A stretch of 64,000 nucleotides of DNA from a virus (Duplodnaviria; Caudoviricetes), in the IMG/VR virus record IMGVR_UViG_3300031993_000045, positions 1 to 64,000 of that record; one strand, written 5' to 3'. The position numbers and the translations under genes were made by a program. The notes below the pieces were generated by a model, which was not told where the DNA came from, made no database searches, and worked only from the letters and a program-made list of their open reading frames with translations. Shown piece by piece: positions 19,434 to 28,777 of the stretch (its first letter is position 1; each line of letters starts with the position of its first letter).

Positions 19434-19925
19434 TTAGAAGCTCCAAGATGGACGACGGCAGCCTTCTGCCCAGCGCTCATACTCCCAATCGGTGCTATAG
19501 TAGCTTGGGAAGTTGTCATTGAGCTCACGAACGAGGTTTCTGTACTCATCATCGATCTTGTTGAACTCCTCACGGCGCTTCTTAGAAAGCTCATAGAGAG
19601 CCTGATCGTATGCGCGTGGAGTGATCTCGCCCTTCTTGAGCTTGTCAAGGTTCTCCTTGGTAGCTGTGAGAGCCTCCTTGGTGATCTTCTCCTCAGCACG
19701 ACGCTTACGAAGCTGCAGAAGCTCACGCTTGTTGATGTACTCAGCCATCACGAGCGCCTTCTTCATCTCGCCCTTCTTCTTGTCGTCCTTCTCCTTCTGG
19801 AGTTCCTTCTCAGCCTCAGCGACGATGGCATCTTCCATCTTGTTCTCGCCCTTGATCTGCTGCTCGATGTTCTCTACTGTTGTTTCTGTTGCAGCATTTG
19901 CTGCGTTGTTTTCTTTCTTTGCCAT
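19434..19925 (-). CDS. Coiled-coil hypothetical protein
   Basis: High-expression codon bias; E/K-rich. Confidence 0.75.
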   Translation of the reverse strand: MAKKENNAANAATETTVENIEQQIKGENKMEDAIVAEAEKELQKEKDDKKKGEMKKALVMAEYINKRELLQLRKRRAEEKITKEALTATKENLDKLKKGEITPRAYDQALYELSKKRREEFNKIDDEYRNLVRELNDNFPSYYSTDWEYERWAEGCRRPSWSF

Positions 19926-20095
19926 AACTTTGATAGTTTAAAATTGGTTATTACTATGCAGAATATCTGCGTTACTTTAAAAGTTTGTACACTCGATTAA
20001 CTAATCGATCTCAAGCATTCTCATCTTCTTCCTGTTATAAGGTTTCAGATGTGCTTTGCGAGTACTTTTGTACTGATTGGTGTAAGTGCGTGCCA

Positions 20096-20542
20096 TTACT
20101 GATTGAGATAATCTTTGTAAAAGGTTCTCACAATATCACGATGTTTCTGTGTAAACCCATACTTCTGTGTAATTGTTTTTGACACAGGGGCTTCCCTGTC
20201 AGACTTAGCGAGGATTGAGCATGCTTTGAGGAATCCTCTGGTTGCATCAGACTCTCGATCATCTTCTGCATCTATAAATCTCTTAGCAAGCTCTGTCATA
20301 AATCTTGTCAATGACCTTGTAGAACACAATGTAGCTATTACTTCTACAGAAGAATTGCCGTCTTCTACAGACATCGTAGGGATCACACATGTTTTTGCCA
20401 CGAGACCTGCGATTGAGTCTTCGTCAAAGAATTTGACGTCTACATCGCTGTGGTTCGTAATGAATGGCGCGTTTTCGATGAGCTCCTTTACAGCACCCAT
20501 GACTGGAGTTACTCCGTCATAAAGAATTACAATTGCTTTCAT
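20096..20542 (-). CDS. Hypothetical protein
   Basis: ORF track. Confidence 0.7.
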   Translation of the reverse strand: MKAIVILYDGVTPVMGAVKELIENAPFITNHSDVDVKFFDEDSIAGLVAKTCVIPTMSVEDGNSSVEVIATLCSTRSLTRFMTELAKRFIDAEDDRESDATRGFLKACSILAKSDREAPVSKTITQKYGFTQKHRDIVRTFYKDYLNQ

Positions 20543-20546
20543 ATTG

Positions 20547-20993
20547 CTACTTCTTTATAGTATCCGGAGCTGGTTGTAATCTCATGCTGACCATCTGTTC
20601 TATCGGCTCATCGTGATGTTCACCTACGCCCGCTCGTTTTGTTTCTTTATCGAACGTATCGTACATCGGCCTATTCTTCTTGTACTCCCGCATGAATCCG
20701 TTGTAGTCAACAAACTTGTACTCCTTCACGACGTTAGACGCGATAGAGGCAATTGTGATGGATTCAAGAGTGCGTACAGTCTGAACAAACTCCTGATAGT
20801 CACCCTCGTTGAGAGCGTAACGAGTAAACTCGTCGGCATTGTCGAAAGATGGGGACATCGTTTCGTCGATCATCTTGGTGATCTTGACGGAATCAGCATA
20901 GCTGATACCATCATTCAATTTCTCACACGAGGTGAGTGAGACGCCAATGGCGCCTAACATTGCCAGTGCGGCAATTGCTAAAAACTTTTTCAT
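20547..20993 (-). CDS. Putative lipoprotein
   Basis: Signal peptide II-like MKKFLAIAALAMLGAIGVSLTS-C. Confidence 0.7.
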   Translation of the reverse strand: MKKFLAIAALAMLGAIGVSLTSCEKLNDGISYADSVKITKMIDETMSPSFDNADEFTRYALNEGDYQEFVQTVRTLESITIASIASNVVKEYKFVDYNGFMREYKKNRPMYDTFDKETKRAGVGEHHDEPIEQMVSMRLQPAPDTIKK

Positions 20994-21168
20994 TTTTGAT
21001 AAATTTTAAAAAGTTAATAAATTAGTTAATTAATTGAGTGATTCTGCCCTCTCAATCTTCTTGCATTCTGGGCTTGAGGTTTCCAGACATAGGCGTTTTC
21101 TACAGAGCAGGGGAGTGCACACTTTGATGTGCACACTCCTCTGATTTGGGAATGAAAGATCTTATCGA

Positions 21169-21492
21169 CTAGTTCAAAGTAATACGCTTCGGTGTGAAAC
21201 GATTTCCTTGCTTTTTGCCGATACAAATAAGAGCACATTTAGCGCCATATTGTTGGCACAGCTTTGCTTTCTCGTAGGTGTTCTTTGAAGTGTTTACAAG
21301 TTCATCCTTGTAGATGCAGTAGTACTTAATGACTTTAGCACCTTTAGCGTTTACAGACTCTGCCTGTACCCACTTCTTGATATCCATAGAGTTCACACTA
21401 ACTGTGTCGTTCTTTTGCGGTTGAGCCGCAAAGCATGGCGTAAATATGGTAGCCATAACTACGAACGGTAAAAGAAATTTTGATTTTCTCAT
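21169..21492 (-). CDS. Putative secreted protein
   Basis: MRKSKFLLPFVVMATIFTPCFA-AQ resembles a signal peptide. Confidence 0.65.
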   Translation of the reverse strand: MRKSKFLLPFVVMATIFTPCFAAQPQKNDTVSVNSMDIKKWVQAESVNAKGAKVIKYYCIYKDELVNTSKNTYEKAKLCQQYGAKCALICIGKKQGNRFTPKRITLN

Positions 21493-21505
21493 AACCTTTG
21501 ATAGT

Positions 21506-21904
21506 TTAGAGTTTTTTGATTTGTAGATGCAACCTAAAAGGAATGCCATTTCTCGCAGTTCTTGTTGCAGAAATTATTGATACATACACAGCCTTTTCAT
21601 CAATGTTACTAAATTTGAAAACTTTGATACCGTCTTTTACTGCATTGAATACTTTTTCATGAGTTCTGTATTCTACGATGATGTTCGTTCCATTACGTTC
21701 AAGTTTTCTAAGATTCGTAGCATCAATTCGAGACTTGCACACATCAACTTTCTCTATTGACTTTCTGCTGAGATAATACATACAATCCTTATCCAATATA
21801 CCGTCTTCTATCTTGTATGCGTATACGGATTTTGAATTAGATTTACACACACCCACTAGGTAATAGGTGCCGTCTTTTACCACGACATCTCCTTGTTTTA
21901 CCAT
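21506..21904 (-). CDS. Hypothetical protein
   Basis: ORF track. Confidence 0.6.
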   Translation of the reverse strand: MVKQGDVVVKDGTYYLVGVCKSNSKSVYAYKIEDGILDKDCMYYLSRKSIEKVDVCKSRIDATNLRKLERNGTNIIVEYRTHEKVFNAVKDGIKVFKFSNIDEKAVYVSIISATRTARNGIPFRLHLQIKKL

Positions 21905-22087
21905 TTGACGAGTTTATTAGTTATTTGGTGATGATGAATTCACCTTGCCAGTCACCAAACAGCTGGCTAAGGATCTTTTTTCTGTGAAGAGCCGTATGAT
22001 ATGTAAGCTTCACGAAAAGAGGCATTGTGCAGCCACTCTTTTTATAGAGCACTTTCCACACTGCCTCTTTTTTGTATTTCTGTAGTT

Positions 22088-22405
22088 TTACCGGAAGCAT
22101 ATTGTATCTACTTTAATTTTAGCATCTACATAATCTTTGTGTCTAGAGAATACTTCGATATAACCTCCGTATTCTTCACCAAGATCGTCTATAAAGCTTT
22201 CAGTAACGTTGTAATAATCCTCAAATACATCACGTTCCCTCTTGTAGGCTTTAGCCTTGGCTTCAGCTTGGTCAGCTCTTCTGCCTTGTTCTGCGCCTTT
22301 GTGAAGAAATATAAGTGCTGCAATTGCGAATGTTACAGCGATAACTACAACGACTGCGAAATCTAGTACTGTAACCATAACCGTGTGTTCTTTTGTTATA
22401 TACAT
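22088..22405 (-). CDS. Single-TM membrane protein
   Basis: Hydrophobic run FAVVVVIAVTFAIAALIFL. Confidence 0.65.
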   Translation of the reverse strand: MYITKEHTVMVTVLDFAVVVVIAVTFAIAALIFLHKGAEQGRRADQAEAKAKAYKRERDVFEDYYNVTESFIDDLGEEYGGYIEVFSRHKDYVDAKIKVDTICFR

Positions 22406-22407
22406 AA

Positions 22408-22692
22408 TTACTCGAATTGACGGTGATACGGTATACCGACCCTGATTGCGTATTCTGCGATCTTGTTAGCTTCCTCGTTTGTGAGGTTGTTGAACCAGAC
22501 CTTGAATCTGCGCCTATCGTTCGTACTGATTTCGTCTTTGTGAGGTTTGATTGTGCCATTGCTGACATCACGAAAGACGTTGTCTAACGTTTTGTGAGCT
22601 TTAGCTAGAGAAGCTTCGTCTTCGAAGTCTCCTGGTTTTAAGATGATCGCAACCTCATCAATCACCTTGCGTTCTTTGGTCTTTACTTCCAT
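22408..22692 (-). CDS. Hypothetical protein
   Basis: ORF track. Confidence 0.65.
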   Translation of the reverse strand: MEVKTKERKVIDEVAIILKPGDFEDEASLAKAHKTLDNVFRDVSNGTIKPHKDEISTNDRRRFKVWFNNLTNEEANKIAEYAIRVGIPYHRQFE

Positions 22693-23368
22693 GTAACTTT
22701 TGGTCTAGAAGGTTAAACAAAGGATCAGACGGATCTAATTTCATCAGTTCCGCTATGATCAGGCGTGTTCTGAATACAAGGAAGTACCTCTTAGCTCGAT
22801 CGATTTCTGCAGGGCTTAAAGGTGCTTGAAGATGACTTTTTATGTCACACATTATTGCATCCATCACAATGTTTTTTGTCTCTTTTGTTGCTTCCTGTTC
22901 CTGATTCTCAACAGGTCTTTGACAACTGATTCGGTCCTCCTCTTCAATGTCATTGACTCGAGGAACAACAATGTGAAACATATCAGCGTATGTACTACGA
23001 AACGATTTGTACGCTTCATAATAAGCTTCATGAGCCACTTCATCGTTACTTACCAGGTCTGGAACTGCAGATGACTCATTTAGCCTAAGATAACGTGTTG
23101 TATCCAACTCGTTGCCTGAAACAAAAACTCCTGCCTTGTTTAGGCAGATTTTGACGAGTTGTAGTTTCCTTAGATCATACACACTGATGTCCATTGCTGT
23201 TCTACCAGAATCGGCAGCTAATTGTTCTGCTACTTTGTGGTCTATTCCAAGTAAAGTACTGATTATCATAGCTGCCTTGCCATAACAATCTTTCTTTATC
23301 TTATTAGAACGCAAGCTGAATAAAAAGCGACCACGGAACTTAGCTTCTGGATCTTTTTTGCTAGCCAT
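22658..23368 (-). CDS. Hypothetical protein
   Basis: ORF track; ATCAAAATG leader. Confidence 0.7.
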   Translation of the reverse strand: MASKKDPEAKFRGRFLFSLRSNKIKKDCYGKAAMIISTLLGIDHKVAEQLAADSGRTAMDISVYDLRKLQLVKICLNKAGVFVSGNELDTTRYLRLNESSAVPDLVSNDEVAHEAYYEAYKSFRSTYADMFHIVVPRVNDIEEEDRISCQRPVENQEQEATKETKNIVMDAIMCDIKSHLQAPLSPAEIDRAKRYFLVFRTRLIIAELMKLDPSDPLFNLLDQKLHGSKDQRTQGD

Positions 23369-23483
23369 TTTGATGATGTTTGAAAGTTAGACTTATGGGT
23401 GGCAAGCCTTGCAGTTTTTACACTGCGTAGGCTGTACACCTAGTTTGCAATATTTTTCTCCATTGCGAGGAGCAAATTTACAA

Positions 23484-23741
23484 CTATTCTCCATCTACTG
23501 CCTTCTTTCTAGAGTTAGACTTCTTGTTTCCAACAGTTGCGAGTTCAGCTGTGTTTAATAGCACAGCTACTTCCTCTGGTCTTTCTGTGACAGTGATTCG
23601 TGCACATCCCATTCCTGTTTTTACATGAACGATTGCACCGTTTTCTTTTTCGCCTTCGTTGTAACAGGCTGTAACAAGTGCGACATGTTGTGGATTAACG
23701 TACACTGAATCGTTGTCGCGATCGTGAAGTTTTACTACCAT
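23484..23741 (-). CDS. Small phage protein
   Basis: DSVYVNPQHVALV...ITVTERPEEV; resembles small beta-rich phage proteins. Confidence 0.65.
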   Translation of the reverse strand: MVVKLHDRDNDSVYVNPQHVALVTACYNEGEKENGAIVHVKTGMGCARITVTERPEEVAVLLNTAELATVGNKKSNSRKKAVDGE

Positions 23742-23843
23742 AAATTTTGAAAATTTAAAGATTTAACTTGCTCCTCATATGAATTAACGTCAATTGGCCC
23801 GTGAGGAAACGAATCAAAGACGAATTTTGTTGGTTGAGTTGAC

Positions 23844-24266
23844 CTACGAAGAGGTCTGATTCTGTTGTCCATATCTAAGATCTTTTAGTACTCGTTTTAT
23901 TGCTTCATCTTCTGCAGTCTCCATAGAATGATAAAAATCCTTACTTGTGATAAAATAACCTTCTTTCTCGGCGAAACCTACCGCTTGATACCTGTATTTT
24001 ACTTTCATGTCTGCAAGTAATATTGGTTTTACAGTTATTGTTATCTTACAATATCTGTCTATCCATCTTATTGCTTCAGTGTAAGTAGGTATCAACAAGT
24101 AGTGTTTTTTACCATGTTCAAAATCTTCATATCCTACAGGAACTACAGATGTTTTGTATACAAACTGTCCTTTATGTTCAGTATACTCACAATATCGTGT
24201 ACACTTCCATTTAAATCCTCGCCATTTTAACAACAGAGACGTTTCGTAATGGCAATGATTGTTCAT
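23844..24266 (-). CDS. Hypothetical protein
   Basis: LLKWRGF...IPTYTEAIRWI...METAEDEAIK pattern recalled from Bacteroidetes phage proteins. Confidence 0.65.
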   Translation of the reverse strand: MNNHCHYETSLLLKWRGFKWKCTRYCEYTEHKGQFVYKTSVVPVGYEDFEHGKKHYLLIPTYTEAIRWIDRYCKITITVKPILLADMKVKYRYQAVGFAEKEGYFITSKDFYHSMETAEDEAIKRVLKDLRYGQQNQTSS

Positions 24267-24271
24267 AACAA

Positions 24272-24757
24272 TTAATTTGCCAAGTCCTTGTGTGGATCTT
24301 CTGCAATAATTTCTATAGATACACCACGATGGTCTCTTTGTGTGAGTTCTGCATACTCTAACACGGCTTCTTTTGGAGCTCTAAATGTTATAGTATCTGG
24401 ATTTGTATCTATACAATCCTTTGCTTCTTTCAAGCAGCATTCACAACACTCTTTTAAGACTTTTACAGCCCATAATCTATCGTTGCTAATATCTCTGATT
24501 CGTGCAACTACAGTTGGCTTTTTGTTTGACGGACAGTTCATGTCTACTCTCCACCAAACTTCGTTCTCGCTCGAAAGCAAATCGCTGATGTCATCTTCTG
24601 TGGTCTCTACGGAAGGAGTTTTTTCTAGTTCATGCTGTAAACCGTTAATTACGGTTATAGCTTTACACTTTGGTCCTCCTTTGAGATCCTCCCTGGAAAA
24701 TGTAACAGTGAACCCTACAGGTTCTTTTACACAAGTTGAAATTTTGATAATTTTCAT
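24272..24757 (-). CDS. Protein with a ribosomal L7/L12 C-terminal-domain-like motif
   Basis: AVKVLKECCECCLKEAKDCIDTNP aligns by eye with bL12 VIKAVR..TGLGLKEAKDLVESAP. Confidence 0.55.
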   Translation of the reverse strand: MKIIKISTCVKEPVGFTVTFSREDLKGGPKCKAITVINGLQHELEKTPSVETTEDDISDLLSSENEVWWRVDMNCPSNKKPTVVARIRDISNDRLWAVKVLKECCECCLKEAKDCIDTNPDTITFRAPKEAVLEYAELTQRDHRGVSIEIIAEDPHKDLAN

Positions 24758-24888
24758 TTTGCTTTATATTTTTAGTTAGACATGTGAGTTCATACAAAAA
24801 CCTACCGATTCTCACGAACAGGTAGGAAAATTAAACAAAAAAGTCGTTCAACAAAATAAAACCCATTGTTTGAAGTAGTCATGAATTG

Positions 24889-24959
24889 TTGTCTCACAAG
24901 GATTCGAACCTTGTCAAACAGAACCAAAACCTGTTGTGCTACCATTACACCATGAGACA
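24889..24959 (-). tRNA. tRNA-Gln (anticodon TTG)
   Basis: TGTCTCA/TGAGACA acceptor, GTGT-AATGGTA-GCAC D-arm, ACAGG-TT TTG GT-TCTGT, CAAGG-TTCGAAT-CCTTG. Confidence 0.93.
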
Positions 24960-25110
24960 AGACCCCAACTTTAAAAGTTGGCTGTTATTTTGCAGAAAAC
25001 AGATGTGTCTGATGTAAAAAGTATCACCCACTCTCACGAGCAAGTGATACAACTCCTTTTATTTTTGAGTCTTAAACCTTGTTAAAGGCGTATACCGCTG
25101 TATACATTTG

Positions 25111-25165
25111 TGGAGAATGTGGGACTCGAACCCACTGAGACCACCTAGCCTGGGTCGTATTCTCC
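25111..25165 (-). ncRNA. 55-nt mini tRNA-like element (acceptor stem plus T-arm)
   Basis: GGAGAAT/ATTCTCC perfect 7 bp plus A; GTGGG-TTCGAGT-CCCAC; only 23 nt between them. Confidence 0.6.
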
Positions 25166-25655
25166 GAAACGCAGGTTCTCGAATTTCTTACACGCTCTGA
25201 GCTACCTGCAAACCGTTAAGCGTGATATTTTTTAGTTTTAGAATAAACTACACCTATTCTCACGAACAAGTGTAGTAGAACTATTCATTAAATCATTAAA
25301 GAAGAAATGGTATTGTTCTCACGAATTATACCATCTAACGCTTGAATATTGCTTGCTACTAAACAAAAACCTATAATAACATGCATTCTAAAACCCAAGT
25401 GGACTACTATGGACCCGACCCATAGAAATGTGCGAGTATAATTGAATAGTTAGTTCAATACACATCCGCTGCCAATCATCATACTGTAATTGTATGACAA
25501 TTCCAACTAGCCCAAGTTAAAAACACACCGATCTTCACAGACAGGTGTGAAAGATTATTACGAAAAACACTTTTTCCTATAGAAACTGAAACTACTTTCA
25601 CAAGCAGTTTGAGCTAAGACGAAAATCTGTAAGAAAATCTTTCCAATAGTAGTTG

Positions 25656-25748
25656 AAGGAGTAGACGGGTTTGAACCGTCGACCTCTGGATTATGGTGCA
25701 TCTTTGTCATCCATATGATCCAGCACTCTACCGCTGAGCTATACTCCT
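25656..25748 (-). tRNA. tRNA-like gene with a 28-nt anticodon loop (21-nt insertion)
   Basis: AGGAGTA/TACTCCT, GCTC-AGCGGTA-GAGT, CTGGA/TCCAG, AGGTC, GACGG-TTCAAAC-CCGTC; loop TCATATGGATGACAAAGATGCACCATAA. Confidence 0.75.
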
Positions 25749-26164
25749 GACCACCCTTACGGGATAAAACTAATCTTTTAATCACTTTCTTAACCACAAG
25801 CCAACACGTGTGCTACGGACCAAGCGTCCTGGACTTACGAAACTTGTGCACAGTCTACTTCCATGTTTACTTTAACGAGAAGCTAGGAAGGTCCTAAAAA
25901 CTGCTACTTCGTTATTTTCGTGTTATTTATTAAGGATTGTAACTAATTGATTAGGTTTGCAGGTGTGATATTTAATTTTGAGAGTAGCCTCGCCTATCGC
26001 GTTTAGCAGGGCACGTCCTACACTTTTTATCAGACTGATCCTCCCATATCTTAACTGAACTGTCGAGGTCCATGCGGGTCTCTCCTCGGGAACAGCTAAT
26101 ATTTTCCACATTATCACTATCATAAACTCGCACCTTTACTTTAGCAATAATATCCTGCAGTTTG

Positions 26165-26206
26165 TAGACACGCTGGGAATCGAACCCAGATTAACCATTC
26201 GGTCTA
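26165..26206 (-). ncRNA. tRNA top-half mimic
   Basis: TAGAC-CG, D-loop-like linker AATGGTTAAT, CTGGG-TTCGATT-CCCAG, CG-T-GTCTA. Confidence 0.5.
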
Positions 26207-26292
26207 AGGGAAATGGATACACTATCTTCACAGACTGTGTATCCTACGTTCAAATGAAAAACGTAATAAAAACTAAAACTTTTATGCCCCAA

Positions 26293-26565
26293 TTATGATT
26301 TTTTAGCTTTTTCGATTAACCAGCGCTCCATCCTGGTTTTTTCGGATGGGGCTGCTGGACGGAATTGGTCAATAGTTCCGTAGACTAGTTTATAATCGTC
26401 ATTGTGAACGATCATACCGACTCCGTATCCTGGTACACCTTTATTACCATTGGTTAGTATGGCAAAATAATGTACTCGGTTTTGTTCATCAACATGATGG
26501 ACCTTTACGATGGTGCCATCATTATGAACGATGTTTTGTCCGTATCGTATGTCATTTTTCTTCAT
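26293..26565 (-). CDS. Hypothetical protein
   Basis: ORF track. Confidence 0.65.
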   Translation of the reverse strand: MKKNDIRYGQNIVHNDGTIVKVHHVDEQNRVHYFAILTNGNKGVPGYGVGMIVHNDDYKLVYGTIDQFRPAAPSEKTRMERWLIEKAKKS

Positions 26566-26722
26566 CGTCGTATTTATTTAATGATTGATACATCATATAA
26601 GCAACACAGAACGCAAAGAATACTACACCAACGGATATTGATTTGGTAATTACACCAACGAACCATGAAAAACATACAGCCAATACAAGAATGACTATAA
26701 GTCTTGGATTAGGATAGCTCAT
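26552..26722 (-). CDS. Small two-TM membrane protein
   Basis: Start moved to MSYPNPRLIVILVLAVCF. Confidence 0.6.
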   Translation of the reverse strand: MSYPNPRLIVILVLAVCFSWFVGVITKSISVGVVFFAFCVAYMMYQSLNKYDDEEK

Positions 26723-26732
26723 GTTATAAACG

Positions 26733-27056
26733 TTAGTAGTTATACATGTCGTCCCACGTAATCTTTTCTGGATCACGTTCAAATTCATCCCTGTAAAGGG
26801 AGCGGAGAGAGTTAAAAGGAGCTGAGGTTGCAATATTTTTATCGAAATATTCACGATCATGTTCGTAAATTTCGTTTATTACATCCTCCAATACAGCTGC
26901 ATGATGTGTGCGCCATTTAATCAGCTCATCTTTTTCTTCAATTGTCTTCTGGCATTGCTGTTCACCTATGTACATACCGAAGCAAATTCCTCCGGTGAAC
27001 AATAAACCAATTACAAAGAAGAAGAGCAGTAGTTCTTTTACAGTACCTTCAAACAT
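26733..27056 (-). CDS. Single-TM protein
   Basis: Start moved to MFEGTVKELLLFFFVIGLLF. Confidence 0.6.
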   Translation of the reverse strand: MFEGTVKELLLFFFVIGLLFTGGICFGMYIGEQQCQKTIEEKDELIKWRTHHAAVLEDVINEIYEHDREYFDKNIATSAPFNSLRSLYRDEFERDPEKITWDDMYNY

Positions 27057-27060
27057 AATA

Positions 27061-28558
27061 TTATTGTGTATTATTTGTTTGTCGTACAGTACCTGTGAAT
27101 ATGGCAGCATTTTGTTTGCTGTCATACATAACCTTTAACTTGAGCTTGTTATTCACAATGTCTTTGTAAGAACCCCACATGTTTCTGCGGTAGATCCTCA
27201 TTGTTACAACGAGGAGCTCAAGAATTTTAACATTTTTCTGTTTCATCGTGTATAATTTTTGATAAAGTTATTCCACACAACACACGCTCCTATTAGTTTT
27301 TTTGTATTCAAACAGAGAGGACAATGTGCTTTTATGAAGCTTGTTTCGTAAACGTCTTCAATACGAACAGATATATAAGCTTTATCTGACCTCATATTAA
27401 AGTCATTCACTGTAAGACGATATTTGTTCTTACACAAACTTCTGTATGCAATCGGACACGTCTTTCTCGTTACTCCAAGGTATGCACACCACCGCATTAA
27501 GTCTCCAGTGGCAAGATCATTCTTCCATCTAGGAGACAACATTGTTTTTAACCTTTTCATTTTGATAATTTTTGAGTTAAACTTCTTCTTTCCAGATCAG
27601 TATATCAGGCGGAATCCTCATGTGTAAATATAAAGTTACATAGAGTCTAAGATCTGGTACATCTTTGACTATTTTTATGTCATGAGTATTCATTATTGTG
27701 TATGCTGTTTCAATATCAGTTTTCACAACCATTGAGTAATAATCTGGATGTAGTTGTCTTAAACACCTTAGAGCACGACAATAGAGACTGAGTTTATCAG
27801 CCTCTATCACCTTCTTCTGCTTCATATCGCTATAGTTAGATAACAACCCAGTTTGCGACGAATGCTACAATCATATGATAACTTATGAAACATGGAATCG
27901 CTGATCCACATGACGTCTACGTATTTCGCGTATTTGTTGTCATGCAGTTTTTCTTTTCGATAAGCAAATTGTACACTCTTCAGAATACGACGATAGCGGT
28001 AATCTTTTGATGTTCTAAGATGTCTGAGCATTTGACAGAGCATGTCAAGCTTTTCACTTTGTGTTAATTGACCTTTTTTCATAGCTTCACTTCATTTATG
28101 TCCGATTCAAGAATGCATTTGTTGTTTCCGAATATATCTGTCCAGACGATCCAGTAGTCTACATTTTTTCTAAAACTAAATGAATGTGTCATATATGGAC
28201 GAAACAGATTGTTAATAATTCTTTTGTATTCAGATTTATATAACAACCAATCTCCCATAATAGACAGTCTGTACGTTCTCATATACTTTAGAAGTTTGCA
28301 GTATGAAACCAAGTCTTTGACTGCTTTACTTTTCTTCTTCATAACTTATACATTTGCTCCAATATACATTAGATCACCTTCTCCACATTCAATAGTAACT
28401 AATACACGTCTTACAGGACGGATTCTGTAGTTTATGGATACAAAACGTTTTGTACAAACAATTTTATATACATTCTTACTTCTACAATCCCTACAATGCT
28501 TTAAGAATTGTGTACACATTTTAAGCATTGTAATGTGTATAGAATGATTCTTTTTCAT
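27061..28558 (-). CDS. Tandem cluster of six short basic proteins (27061-27246, 27243-27560, 27577-27825, 27822-28082, 28079-28342, 28346-28558)
   Basis: ATGA-coupled ORFs, most sharing MK[KQ]...L-x-x-[YLM]-C-x-x-L-[RK]-x-x-R. Confidence 0.7.
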
Positions 28559-28560
28559 AG

Positions 28561-28758
28561 TTATTTGTTTTTACGTACAAGTTTGACTTCTATTGGCTCA
28601 GAATCACTCCAGTTAGGATTAATTGATTTTGGAAGATGTTTTTCTTCCAATCTCAATATAAAATCTCCTGGTGAATGCCAACAATTATTTGCGTTATCTT
28701 TTTTTGGCTTTTTGCGGTAGAGATATATCATACCGTCTTCATCTTTTGCTACATACAT
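28561..28758 (-). CDS. Small phage protein
   Basis: MYVAKDEDGMIYLYRKKP...WSDSEPIEVKL pattern recalled from Bacteroidetes phages. Confidence 0.7.
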   Translation of the reverse strand: MYVAKDEDGMIYLYRKKPKKDNANNCWHSPGDFILRLEEKHLPKSINPNWSDSEPIEVKLVRKNK

Positions 28759-28777
28759 GTTTGATCCTCCTTATAAT

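Larger units (their letters stand above)
24801..26244 (-). repeat. Six dispersed GUGA-tetraloop hairpins, most followed by U tracts
   Basis: At 24801-24826, 25021-25050, 25248-25275, 25307-25334, 25524-25549 and 26215-26244; conserved core TTC/TCT-GTGA-GAA/AGA with divergent but complementary outer stems. Confidence 0.8.

Noticed and set aside
18904-19726. Track ORFs 18904-19278, 18995-19207 and 19025-19726
   Set aside because: Shadow or antisense frames with non-ATG starts, overlapping the well-biased 19434-19925 gene
25558-25797. 79-aa ORF
   Set aside because: It overlaps the insertion-containing tRNA gene; a chance frame
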